Below, piece by piece: positions 27,973 through 36,418 of a stretch of 64,000 bases of DNA; positions within the stretch are counted from its first letter, which is position 1; every line of letters starts with the position of its first letter. The translations under genes were made by a program, and so were the position numbers. The stretch spans positions 11,419-75,418 of the forward strand of contig JACQCE010000062.1 in NCBI GenBank assembly GCA_016201765.1, given 5' to 3'. Under the pieces are notes generated by a model. It had not been told where the DNA came from. It did not search any database and was given only the letters and a program-made list of their open reading frames with translations. Origin of the DNA: Nitrospirota bacterium (GTDB lineage: Bacteria > Nitrospirota > Nitrospiria > JACQCE01).

Positions 27973-30159
27973 ATGAACCGGACACATCACATCATGCGGC
28001 CGATCGGATCCAGCGGGCGGCGTCTGCTCCTGCCCGCAAACCTTGTTGCAATCTGCGTGATCGGGCTGCTGGCCCCGCAGGCCGCACCGGCTGCACCAAC
28101 ACCGACTCACGACCAGCTTCAGCAGCGGCTCGGCCAGACCATCGTCATGGTGGCCCGGCACGATCAAGCGCTCCTGGACCGACAGGTGGAGCAGATGACC
28201 CGGCTGATGCGGGGAAGCACACGGTTCCAGCAGGGCCAGGCCGGGCGGATAGAGGAAAGTCTCGGGCTCGCCATCATCAAGACGGCGGGCTCGATTCAGG
28301 AGGAGCAGTCCGCTCTGAAGAGTCGCATGATCCTTATTGGCCGTGAGCTTGATCTGCTGTCGGAAGATTCCGCGGCCGGCCGTCAGACACAACTGGGGTG
28401 GGCGGTTCGCACGGCCGCGCAACGCGCGCCACAAGGCGGCGCGGCCTTTCAGGCCGCGCTGGGGAAGGAGATCACCCGGCTGGAACAGGTCCGGCAACGC
28501 ACGACCATCCGCCTGCAGGATGAGCTGCGCGCTCTGAAACGCCTGGACGCCGACTTTGCCCAAACCATTCCGCAACGTTACCAGAAGGCCATGGAGTCCA
28601 CCCGCCTGACGGTTCTCATGGCGGATGACTCCACTGTCGTCTGGACCGACCGACAACTCCAGGAATTGTCCCATCAGGTGCTGCAGCAACAATCTTCACA
28701 AGTCTATGCGCAACTGGCCGGCCTCACGCGGGCGGCCCTGACCGCGCCGGCCGGCGTCGGCGGGTTCATCGAATACGGCCTGGCCGCCATGACCGGAGCG
28801 ATGGCCGTCATGGTGTGGTTCGGCCTATCGACCAGAAAGGAGAGAGCCCCGTTGCCCGTCAATCCCACAGACGAGGCCGTGTCATCACTGCGCCGCTGGA
28901 GCATGCAAGGCGGCTCGGGGAACGGGGGCAACAGCCACGAGGCGAATATCCTGTCCCAGCTCGTCACATTCTTCAGCTGGCCCAGGGAGATCGTCTTCGG
29001 CAACAACGTGATCGGAACCATCGGGCGGTATGCCGAGAGGGAACGGATCAAGAGGGCGTTGGTGATCACGTCCCGGGACCTTCATCACCATGGCCTGCTC
29101 GAACCGCTGAAGGCATCCTTGTCGCACAGCGGGATTGCGTTCCGCGTCTACGACCACGTCGAGCACGACGTGCCCGACGTGGTCATCGCCAATGCCGGCA
29201 AAGAGTACCAACGAATGGCCACCGATCTGATTGTCGCAGTCGGCGGTGGGAGCGTCATTGACACGGCGAAAGCGGTGGGGATCCTTGCCACCAACGGTGG
29301 CCTCATCCAAGACTACGAAGGCTTGGACACCATCCCATCACCGCTGCCCCATTTTTTCGCCGTGCCCACCACCGCCGGCTGCGGCAGCGAAACGAGCCAG
29401 TTCTGCGTCGTGCTGGATACCGCGCACAAACGGAAACTGGAGATCGTCAGCCGTCTGGTCATTCCGCAGATGATCTTCATCGATCCGACGCTGATGGTCA
29501 GCATGCCGCGCGAACTGACGGCCGGCAGCGGAATCGATGCGTTAAGCAACGCGATCGAAGCCTACTGCTCCACGTGGGCCAGCCCCCTGACCGACACCCT
29601 GGCGCTGGACGCCGTCAGGCTGATCTCGGAGTCGTTGCGCACGGCCGTGGCCGACGGCAGCAATCTCGAAGCCCGGCGCCAGATGGCCGTGGCCGCATTT
29701 GAAGCCGGCCTGGCGTTCAACAACGCGCAGTGCGGAGCGGCGCACGCCCTGGGCCATCCGGTGGCCGGTCTGTTCAACGTGCCGGAGCGGGTGAGCGAAG
29801 CCATCTTGCTGCCGCATGTCATGCGGTACAACCTGGAAACCAACATGGCCAGGATGGCGCAACTGGCCGTGGCCATGGGGGAGTCGGTGGAAGGTCTCAC
29901 CCAACAGGAAGCGGCCGAGCAGGCGATCTCCGCCGTGCAATGGCTGCTGCTGGATATCGGTCTTCCAGCGACTTTTGACAAGCTTGGTGTCGCCAATGAC
30001 GCCATCCCCGAACTCGCCCGGCAAGCCGCGCAGGATTTCTTTCTGCGGACGAATCCTCGAACGCTCACCCGGGGGGAGATCGAGCAACTGTACCACCAAG
30101 CGTTTCAAAAGTTCGGCAGAGATACGGTGCATCGCAAAACCGCCGGCGTCATCCTGTGA
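27973..30159 (+). CDS. membrane-anchored TM / helical-domain / TM / Fe-ADH fusion protein, paralog B
   Basis: Same architecture and motifs as paralog A (about 60-80% identity in the ADH part). Shared N-domain motif AAQRxPxGGAAFQAAL and the TM segment GGFIEYGLAAMTGAMAVMVW. Confidence 0.8.
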   Translation: MNRTHHIMRPIGSSGRRLLLPANLVAICVIGLLAPQAAPAAPTPTHDQLQQRLGQTIVMVARHDQALLDRQVEQMTRLMRGSTRFQQGQAGRIEESLGLAIIKTAGSIQEEQSALKSRMILIGRELDLLSEDSAAGRQTQLGWAVRTAAQRAPQGGAAFQAALGKEITRLEQVRQRTTIRLQDELRALKRLDADFAQTIPQRYQKAMESTRLTVLMADDSTVVWTDRQLQELSHQVLQQQSSQVYAQLAGLTRAALTAPAGVGGFIEYGLAAMTGAMAVMVWFGLSTRKERAPLPVNPTDEAVSSLRRWSMQGGSGNGGNSHEANILSQLVTFFSWPREIVFGNNVIGTIGRYAERERIKRALVITSRDLHHHGLLEPLKASLSHSGIAFRVYDHVEHDVPDVVIANAGKEYQRMATDLIVAVGGGSVIDTAKAVGILATNGGLIQDYEGLDTIPSPLPHFFAVPTTAGCGSETSQFCVVLDTAHKRKLEIVSRLVIPQMIFIDPTLMVSMPRELTAGSGIDALSNAIEAYCSTWASPLTDTLALDAVRLISESLRTAVADGSNLEARRQMAVAAFEAGLAFNNAQCGAAHALGHPVAGLFNVPERVSEAILLPHVMRYNLETNMARMAQLAVAMGESVEGLTQQEAAEQAISAVQWLLLDIGLPATFDKLGVANDAIPELARQAAQDFFLRTNPRTLTRGEIEQLYHQAFQKFGRDTVHRKTAGVIL

Positions 30160-30369
30160 ACGGGCTCCATGACTGACCGGCCGCACGCTCCCCGGTCGCC
30201 GGTTACTTGATGTGGGGACCCGTGCGGAAAGAGCGAGGAAAGGTCCTCCGATGCCCCCACACCCCAAGCCACCGTTCATGTCCCATTGGCCACCGTAGCC
30301 CTTGATTCTTTCTTAGCCCGTGCGGAGAGATTTCGGAATCCAGCCGCCTGATCGACTCGAGTCTTCGCC

Positions 30370-31428
30370 TCATACTCGCACCTCTTTCCAGAGGGCCGCC
30401 ACAAGCGCATCAAACTGATGCCGATCCCCATGCAGCAGTGCGGGACGGAGTTGGAATTGTGTCTGATCCTGCATGCCGAGTCCCACGTCCCGCGCGTGCT
30501 TGATCTGCCGCTGCTCCCACACGCCGATCTTGCTCACACCTTCCCATTTGTTAAAGTGCTTGATCAACGCGAGGCCCGTCACATCGGCGGCGATCCGGTC
30601 GCCGCTGGCCATGATCAGGTTGGTCTTCTCCGACGGTCCCTCCCACGGGCCGTCAGCGACCATAATCGTCGTCGCATCGACGATGTTGAGGATCGGATGG
30701 ACGGCCAGGTTCAGTTCGGCAATCACTTCTTCCCACTTCGCCGGATTGACGCGATACGGCCGGTGGCGCGGATGGGTCACGCCGACCAGATTCTTCAGGC
30801 AGATCGAATAGACGGCGTTCCGGTGGGTTTTGACCACCGGCACATTCACGAACAGATCGGCCTCATAGACCGGCCTGGCAATGTGAATACTCGGCGTCAG
30901 CCAGGCGCCGGGCGGCTTCAACTCGATCCACTCCGCGTCATCAAAATCGATGACCTCGGCCCCCGCCTCCCGCGCGGCCCGGGCAATGCCCGTCCGTTCA
31001 AGATTCTTGCTCGTCGGCAATCTCATCATCGCGGACATATCGCCCACGATCACGCGCTTGGCGCCCGCCTCCCTGAACAATCGGACGACGCTGCGCACCG
31101 CCTCCGGATTGGTCGTGGCCGGCGGCGGCTCGCCCGACAGGACATTGGGTTTGACCAGGACGGTTTTGCCCCGGACGGACAGGCGATCCAAGCCGCCGAT
31201 CAGCTTGACCGCTTCGCGGACCATGTGGTCGACATCTTCTCCGCGCACGACGCTGACGAGCACCTTGCCGTCCTTGATAAACGGATTGGGCGGCGGGCGT
31301 CTCCAGACGCCGACATCACCCTTTGGGGAGAACAGCGAACGGAACAATCCGAATGGATTCATGCCGAGGAGGAATGCGGGCGTCAGCAGCCCGAAGCGGT
31401 GGAGCATCTCCCGGCGCGAGGGAGCCAT
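30370..31428 (-). CDS. Tat-signal exported protein, DUF362-like (assignment tentative)
   Basis: SRREMLHRFGLL twin-arginine motif. 352 aa. Family assignment by recollection only. Confidence 0.4.
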   Translation of the reverse strand: MAPSRREMLHRFGLLTPAFLLGMNPFGLFRSLFSPKGDVGVWRRPPPNPFIKDGKVLVSVVRGEDVDHMVREAVKLIGGLDRLSVRGKTVLVKPNVLSGEPPPATTNPEAVRSVVRLFREAGAKRVIVGDMSAMMRLPTSKNLERTGIARAAREAGAEVIDFDDAEWIELKPPGAWLTPSIHIARPVYEADLFVNVPVVKTHRNAVYSICLKNLVGVTHPRHRPYRVNPAKWEEVIAELNLAVHPILNIVDATTIMVADGPWEGPSEKTNLIMASGDRIAADVTGLALIKHFNKWEGVSKIGVWEQRQIKHARDVGLGMQDQTQFQLRPALLHGDRHQFDALVAALWKEVRV

Positions 31429-31436
31429 CGCCGCTG

Positions 31437-31829
31437 TTACGCTCGATTGGAGCGGGGCCGCTCGATCAACTCAATCTCGTATTTGTCCGGGGCGTCGATA
31501 AAACAGAACCGGCCGCCGGATGACGACGTCGTCGGACCATCGGTGAGGGGAATGCCCTTGGCCTTCAATTGAGCGATCGTCCGATCCAGATTGTCCACTT
31601 CGAACGCCAGATGAACCAGATCCTCCGGCACCTGCACGGCGCCGCTGGCCGGAAACGAGCAGAGCTCGATTTCTTCGTCACTATTGGGCACGCGCAGAAA
31701 GGCCAGTTCCGATCCGCGCGGCGAGCGATGGCGCTCCGTCACCTCCAGCCCCAGGACGTCCCGATAGAACCGGATCGTTTCATCGAGATTGTTCACCCGC
31801 ATCCGGGTATGGAGTAACTTCGTAATCAC
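31437..31829 (-). CDS. VOC/glyoxalase-fold protein
   Basis: HTRMRVNNLDETIRFYRDVLGLEV...HLAFEV is the typical glyoxalase I-like pattern. 130 aa. Confidence 0.65.
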   Translation of the reverse strand: MITKLLHTRMRVNNLDETIRFYRDVLGLEVTERHRSPRGSELAFLRVPNSDEEIELCSFPASGAVQVPEDLVHLAFEVDNLDRTIAQLKAKGIPLTDGPTTSSSGGRFCFIDAPDKYEIELIERPRSNRA

Positions 31830-31869
31830 GAGGCGGAGCCTAGCGCGATGTTCGGTATCCTGTCAAGAG

Positions 31870-31989
31870 AAGGTAGCTAGGTCGTCAGGTAGCCAGGTGG
31901 CTAGACAAACAAATCAGTATTTCCCCGAGTGACCTAGCCACCTTTGCAGTTCCCAGCTCTACCTAGCCACCTAGTTACCCAGCCACCTT
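31870..31989. repeat. palindromic array of degenerate 8-bp units (GGTGGCTAGGT family), copy 3
   Basis: aaggtagctaggtcgtcaggtagccaggtggctag ... acctagccacctttgcagttcccagctctacctagccacctagttacccagccacctt. Shares its 5' end (AGAGAAGGTrGCT) with copy 2. Confidence 0.55.
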
Positions 31990-32000
31990 TTTTCCCTCTA

Positions 32001-32029
32001 TTGACTTCCTCCAAAACGACCGATAGGAT
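32001..32029 (+). promoter_or_regulatory. sigma70-like promoter TTGACT-N17-TAGGAT
   Basis: Directly after repeat copy 3. The -10 overlaps the first ATG of the ubiC-like ORF, so either the promoter or that start codon is misassigned. Confidence 0.3.
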
Positions 32030-32627
32030 GCCGATTGTGACGGTTCCATCGTCGAGCGTGCCGCCGATTGACCGCCTGCTCTCCTCGGTCAAATGGCTGA
32101 ATCCTGAGGAGTTTCTCTCCGGCGGAGGAGGTTTGCCCGCCCCCCTGTGGCGCGCCCTCCTCCTGACCGACGGATCAACGACCCTGTTTCTTCAGGCACT
32201 CTGCCGGACAACCATCACGCTGGAGATGATTGATCAACGGACGGCCCCCCTGCCGCCGCCGCTGACCGGCTTGCTGAAGATCGAACCGAACCGGCCGGTG
32301 CTGCAACGGCATGTCTGGCTGACCGACGGCCGCCGCCGGCTGGCCCTCGGCTATGCCCTCATTTCGCTCGAACAGCTCAGTCCCACGCTTCGGGAGCAAC
32401 TGGTCGCGGGCACGCGCCCCATCGGCCTGCTGGCCGATGAAGCGGGACGGTCGCTGCGCGATCAGTTGCAGGTGGGCAGTCTGACCGATGCCGGACTGGC
32501 CCGACAGTTCGGCGTCACGGCCGATACCTTCTGGTGCCGCCGCTATCGATTAAGAATTCCCGACGCCATGACGGCCGCCATCATCGAAATCTTCTCCCCC
32601 GTGTTGGATCACCTGCCGTCTCCGTGA
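32028..32627 (+). CDS. chorismate lyase (UbiC)-like protein, start uncertain
   Basis: LWRALLLTDGSTTLFLQAL resembles the UbiC DWLLLEDSMTKRFEQ region. Lies directly upstream of ubiA. Confidence 0.45.
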   Translation: MPIVTVPSSSVPPIDRLLSSVKWLNPEEFLSGGGGLPAPLWRALLLTDGSTTLFLQALCRTTITLEMIDQRTAPLPPPLTGLLKIEPNRPVLQRHVWLTDGRRRLALGYALISLEQLSPTLREQLVAGTRPIGLLADEAGRSLRDQLQVGSLTDAGLARQFGVTADTFWCRRYRLRIPDAMTAAIIEIFSPVLDHLPSP

Positions 32628-32655
32628 GCGGCCGTCAGATCAGTCCTTTCTCCGC

Positions 32656-33540
32656 ATGAGCCGTGTGGCCGACAAGCTGATCGCCTTGGCCGAGCTGATC
32701 CGCCTGGAAAAACCCTACGGCGCGCTGCTGCTGCTCTGGCCCTCTCTCTGGGCCTTGATGATCGCCGGCGAAGGGCGTCCGCCGGTGTGGGTGGTCGCGC
32801 TCTTCTGTCTGGGCGCCTGGGTGATGCGCAGCGCCGGCTGCGCGATGAACGATCTGGCCGACCGCCGGATCGACGCGCAGGTGGCGCGCACGAAGAGCCG
32901 GCCGCTGCCGTCGGGCCGCCTGACGCCGGCCGACGCCGTCGGCGTGATCGCCGTGCTGCTCCTCGCGGCCGCCTGGATCGTCTGGCAACTGCCGCCGCTC
33001 ACCCGCTGGCTGAGCCTGCCCGGCGTCCTGCTGGCCGCGGGCTATCCGTTGACCAAGCGTTTTTTCCCCGCCCCCCAATTCGTCATGGGCGTCGCCTTCG
33101 GGTGGGGCGTGCCGATGGCCTGGTCGGCCGTGCGCGGAAACCTCGACCCGACCGCCTGGCTGCTTTTCTTCGCCACGGTCTGCTGGGCCGCCGCCTATGA
33201 CACGATCTATGCGCTCATGGATGTGGCCGACGACAGCCGGCTGGGCGTCCACTCGACCGCCCGCCTCTTCGGCCGGCAGAGCTGGCTGGCCGTCATTGGA
33301 TTGGAGCTCGCCATGCTGGTGCTGCTCGTCTGGGCCGGCCGCCGGGCCGATCTGCATCTGCTCTATTTTTCGTCGCTGGGGGCCGCCGGCCTCCTCTTCC
33401 TTTACCAGCTGTCGCATGTTAAAATGCAGCCCGATCGTGAGACGGCGTTTCGTCTCTTTCGCGCGCACGTCGGTGTGGGATTGGTGATTCTACTCGGTAT
33501 TGAGTTGGACTACGCCCTGATTCCAATGATCATCCGTTAA
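32656..33540 (+). CDS. ubiA: 4-hydroxybenzoate polyprenyltransferase
   Basis: UbiA prenyltransferase motifs NDLADRRIDAQVARTKSRPLPSG and YDTIYALMD. 9 TM helices. Confidence 0.85.
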   Translation: MSRVADKLIALAELIRLEKPYGALLLLWPSLWALMIAGEGRPPVWVVALFCLGAWVMRSAGCAMNDLADRRIDAQVARTKSRPLPSGRLTPADAVGVIAVLLLAAAWIVWQLPPLTRWLSLPGVLLAAGYPLTKRFFPAPQFVMGVAFGWGVPMAWSAVRGNLDPTAWLLFFATVCWAAAYDTIYALMDVADDSRLGVHSTARLFGRQSWLAVIGLELAMLVLLVWAGRRADLHLLYFSSLGAAGLLFLYQLSHVKMQPDRETAFRLFRAHVGVGLVILLGIELDYALIPMIIR

Positions 33541-33554
33541 CCCGTTGCCCTCCG

Positions 33555-34388
33555 TTGCCACACCACCGCCTCGTTCGATCGCTTGTGCTGCTCTCGGCCG
33601 TCATCCTGCCCTCCCTGTTCGGCGGTCCGGCGGGCTGTCAGCGACCCGCCGCCGCCCCGGGCATGGTCTGGATCCCCGGAGGCCCCTTCACCATGGGCAC
33701 CGATGAGACGGACGCGGAAGGGCGGGCACTGGAGTTCGGCCTGACCAAGCCGTGGTTTGAAGACGAGCATCCCACGCATACGGTCAACCTGCCCGGCTTT
33801 TATCTGGACCGTAATGAAGTGACCAACGCCGATTTTGCCGCCTATGTGGCTGCCACCGGCGCAAGGGTCCCGGGAACCTGGAAAGCCGCCACCTATCCCG
33901 GCGGCGAGTCGAACATGCCGGTGGCCAGCGTGAACTGGTACCAGGCGAATGACTATTGCGCCTGGGCGAAGAAACGGCTGCCGACCGAGGCGGAATGGGA
34001 GAAGGCGGCCCGGGGCACCGACGGACGACTCTATCCCTGGGGCAACGACTTCTCGCTCGACAAGGCGAATCTCATGTCCGGCTCGGTGCAGCCGGTGGGC
34101 CTGTTTGCGCGCGAGCCGAGCCCCTACGGCGTGAACGATCTGGTCGGCAACGTCTGGGAATGGACGGCGGACTGGTATCTGCCCTATCCGGGATCGACCG
34201 CCGCCTCAAAAGATTTCGGCCAGAAATTCAAAGTGGTGCGCGGCAAGTCCTGGACCAAGGGCTTCGGCCATCAGGAGAAGGCGGAGGTGAGCCAGATCAT
34301 CGCCCATGAAGCGCGCGGCGGCTTTCGGCTCTATTTCGATCCGGTTTTCGGATTCAACGACCTGGGGGTCAGATGCGCAAAATCTTAA
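33555..34388 (+). CDS. periplasmic FGE/SUMF1-fold (formylglycine-generating-enzyme family) protein 1, lacks the catalytic Cys pair
   Basis: FGE-sulfatase domain motifs (WIPGG.FTMG, HTVNLPGFYLDRNEVTN, RLPTEAEWEKAARG, NVWEWTADWY, GFRCA). Signal peptide. No CxxxxC near the C-terminus. Confidence 0.7.
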   Translation: MPHHRLVRSLVLLSAVILPSLFGGPAGCQRPAAAPGMVWIPGGPFTMGTDETDAEGRALEFGLTKPWFEDEHPTHTVNLPGFYLDRNEVTNADFAAYVAATGARVPGTWKAATYPGGESNMPVASVNWYQANDYCAWAKKRLPTEAEWEKAARGTDGRLYPWGNDFSLDKANLMSGSVQPVGLFAREPSPYGVNDLVGNVWEWTADWYLPYPGSTAASKDFGQKFKVVRGKSWTKGFGHQEKAEVSQIIAHEARGGFRLYFDPVFGFNDLGVRCAKS

Positions 34389-35470
34389 TCATGGCCGCAA
34401 GCATGCTTTACCTCGCGGCTGCGGCCAACGGGCAAACAACGGTGGCTCGGGGCGTGGGGGCATCGGAGGACCCTTCTTCGCTTGTGCCACACGGGCCCCC
34501 ACATTTAATGAAGCCCGCCTGCCGCCAGTGCCACATTGATGGGAAGAAACCCGTGGCCGATTACTCAAGCAATCCCGAATGCCGGGAATGCCATCTGCCT
34601 GACGGCAGAGCCTCCGGGCCGCCGACCGCCCCGGCCATTGCGGCGCCGGTTGCCGCCGGCGCGAATCCGCCGCATGCCGCGACCTCGGTCCAGTCTGGGG
34701 AGACGATCATCACGCAGAAAATGGTCTCCATCCCGGCCGGGCCGTTCTGGATGGGCAACAACGGCCGGGGCGCCGACGGTCCCGGCGACGAGGATGAACA
34801 GCCCCTGCATCAGGTCACGGTTGAGGCCTATTCAATGGACGTCTATGAAACCACCAATGCGATGTTCAAAGAGTTCGTCGACGCCGTCAACTATGCGACA
34901 CCCAAACTGTGGAAGAACGGCGTCTATCCAAGCGGCAAGGCCAACCATCCGGTCACGTACGTGTCATGGTTTGATGCGGAGGAATTCTGCCGGTGGGCCG
35001 GCAAGCGGCTGCCGACCGAGGCGGAATGGGAAAAGGCCGCCCGCAGCCCGGACAAACGGATCTTCCCCTGGGGGAATCAATTCGATCCGATGAAGGCCAA
35101 CACGCCGCAATACTGGATGGCCATCCATCAGAATGACACGGCTGATACCATGCCTGTCGGCAGTTTTGAGGCCGGGAAAAGCCCCTATGGCCTCTACGAC
35201 ATGTCGGGCAACGTCTATGAATGGGTCAATGATTGGTACACCCAGTATCCGGGCAACCGGTTTCCCAACGATCATTACGGCGCGAAGAACAAGATCGTCC
35301 GCGGGGGGTCGTGGTACGACTGCCTCTCCTACGGCTGCGGCTTGAGTTCCCCCACCTATAACCGCAGCCGGTTCAACCCAGACATCCGCAACAAGGGATT
35401 CGGATTCCGCTGTGCAAAATCCGCCCACGGACGCGCCAAATCCACAACCGGACAGCGAGGCGAGCCATGA
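34373..35470 (+). CDS. diheme cytochrome c fused to FGE/SUMF1-fold domain, retains C-x4-C (DCLSYGC)
   Basis: Two CXXCH motifs (CRQCH, CRECH) in the first 80 aa after a signal peptide. C-terminal FGE fold with the Cys pair positioned as in the catalytic Cys pair of human FGE (C-x4-C). Confidence 0.7.
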   Translation: MRKILIMAASMLYLAAAANGQTTVARGVGASEDPSSLVPHGPPHLMKPACRQCHIDGKKPVADYSSNPECRECHLPDGRASGPPTAPAIAAPVAAGANPPHAATSVQSGETIITQKMVSIPAGPFWMGNNGRGADGPGDEDEQPLHQVTVEAYSMDVYETTNAMFKEFVDAVNYATPKLWKNGVYPSGKANHPVTYVSWFDAEEFCRWAGKRLPTEAEWEKAARSPDKRIFPWGNQFDPMKANTPQYWMAIHQNDTADTMPVGSFEAGKSPYGLYDMSGNVYEWVNDWYTQYPGNRFPNDHYGAKNKIVRGGSWYDCLSYGCGLSSPTYNRSRFNPDIRNKGFGFRCAKSAHGRAKSTTGQRGEP

Positions 35471-36294
35471 AACAATGGTCATTGTTCACGTGGGCCGCGC
35501 TCGCGGCGCTGCTCGTGCTATCGGCTGCCTGCCAGAAACCGCCCCACGGCATGGTGCTCATTCCGGCCGGGGAGTTCATCATGGGCACGGACGAAGTGGA
35601 TACGGACAAGATCGGGCTCGGATACGGCATCGTCAAGCCCTGGTTCGACGACGAACATCCGAAGCGGCGGTTCTCCCTTCCCGCCTATTACATCGACCAA
35701 TACGAGATTACCAACGAGCAATACCAGGCGTTTCTGGTGGAGAGCAATCGCCGTCCGCCCCGGTACTGGCCCAACAATCAGTATCCGGCCGGCAAGGATC
35801 GCCATCCGGTGACGTGGATCACCTGGGAGGATGCCGACGCCTATTGCCGGAGGGCCGGCAAACTGTTGCCGACAGAGGCGCAGTGGGAGAAAGCGGCCCG
35901 GGGGCCCAACGGCCTGATCTATCCCTGGGGCAATGACTTTGATCCGGCCAAGGCGAACGTCGGCGGCTCAGCCGGCGGCACCAAACCGATCGGCAGCATC
36001 GAAGCGGGCAAGAGTCCGTACGGCGTGTACGACATGACCGGCAACGTCTGGGAATGGACGGCCGATTGGTATGAGCCCTACCCCGGCGCGCAATTCACCG
36101 CCGGGTTCTACGAGGATAAACTGGGGCACCGGTACAAGGTGATCCGTGGCCTCTCCTGGTCGCCGATCGGCCACTATGACGCCGAAGACGCCAAGGCGGT
36201 CATGCGCCACTACGCACGGGCGTCCTACCGGTTGTTTTACTATCCGAACGACGGGCTGGAGGATCTGGGGTTCCGATGCGTCAAACCGGCATAA
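35467..36294 (+). CDS. periplasmic FGE/SUMF1-fold lipoprotein 3, lacks the Cys pair
   Basis: Lipoprotein-like signal (LVLSAAC). FGE-fold motifs. ATGA overlap with the upstream gene. Its last about 100 nt are duplicated at 38017..38119. Confidence 0.7.
   Translation: MKQWSLFTWAALAALLVLSAACQKPPHGMVLIPAGEFIMGTDEVDTDKIGLGYGIVKPWFDDEHPKRRFSLPAYYIDQYEITNEQYQAFLVESNRRPPRYWPNNQYPAGKDRHPVTWITWEDADAYCRRAGKLLPTEAQWEKAARGPNGLIYPWGNDFDPAKANVGGSAGGTKPIGSIEAGKSPYGVYDMTGNVWEWTADWYEPYPGAQFTAGFYEDKLGHRYKVIRGLSWSPIGHYDAEDAKAVMRHYARASYRLFYYPNDGLEDLGFRCVKPA
36188..36291 (+). repeat. 103-bp direct repeat, copy 1 (3' end of FGE-fold gene 3); copy 2 at 38017..38119
   Basis: About 97% identity between the copies. 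They bracket the low-GC segment 36292..38016. Confidence 0.85.
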
Positions 36295-36316
36295 TAGTCC
36301 CAAGAACCTCGGTTCC

Positions 36317-36345
36317 TTGAATCTTAAAGGTATTTCTCCTATAAT
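36317..36345 (+). promoter_or_regulatory. sigma70 promoter TTGAAT-N17-TATAAT inside the low-GC cassette
   Basis: Perfect -10 hexamer. Near-palindrome AAGAACCTCGGTTCCTT overlaps the -35. Confidence 0.5.
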
Positions 36346-36418
36346 TTCATCATTCTAAGTCTTTGTGGCCTTATTATCTCGGCCGGTGTTGATCCATGTA
36401 CACGTCAAGGAGGCTGGT

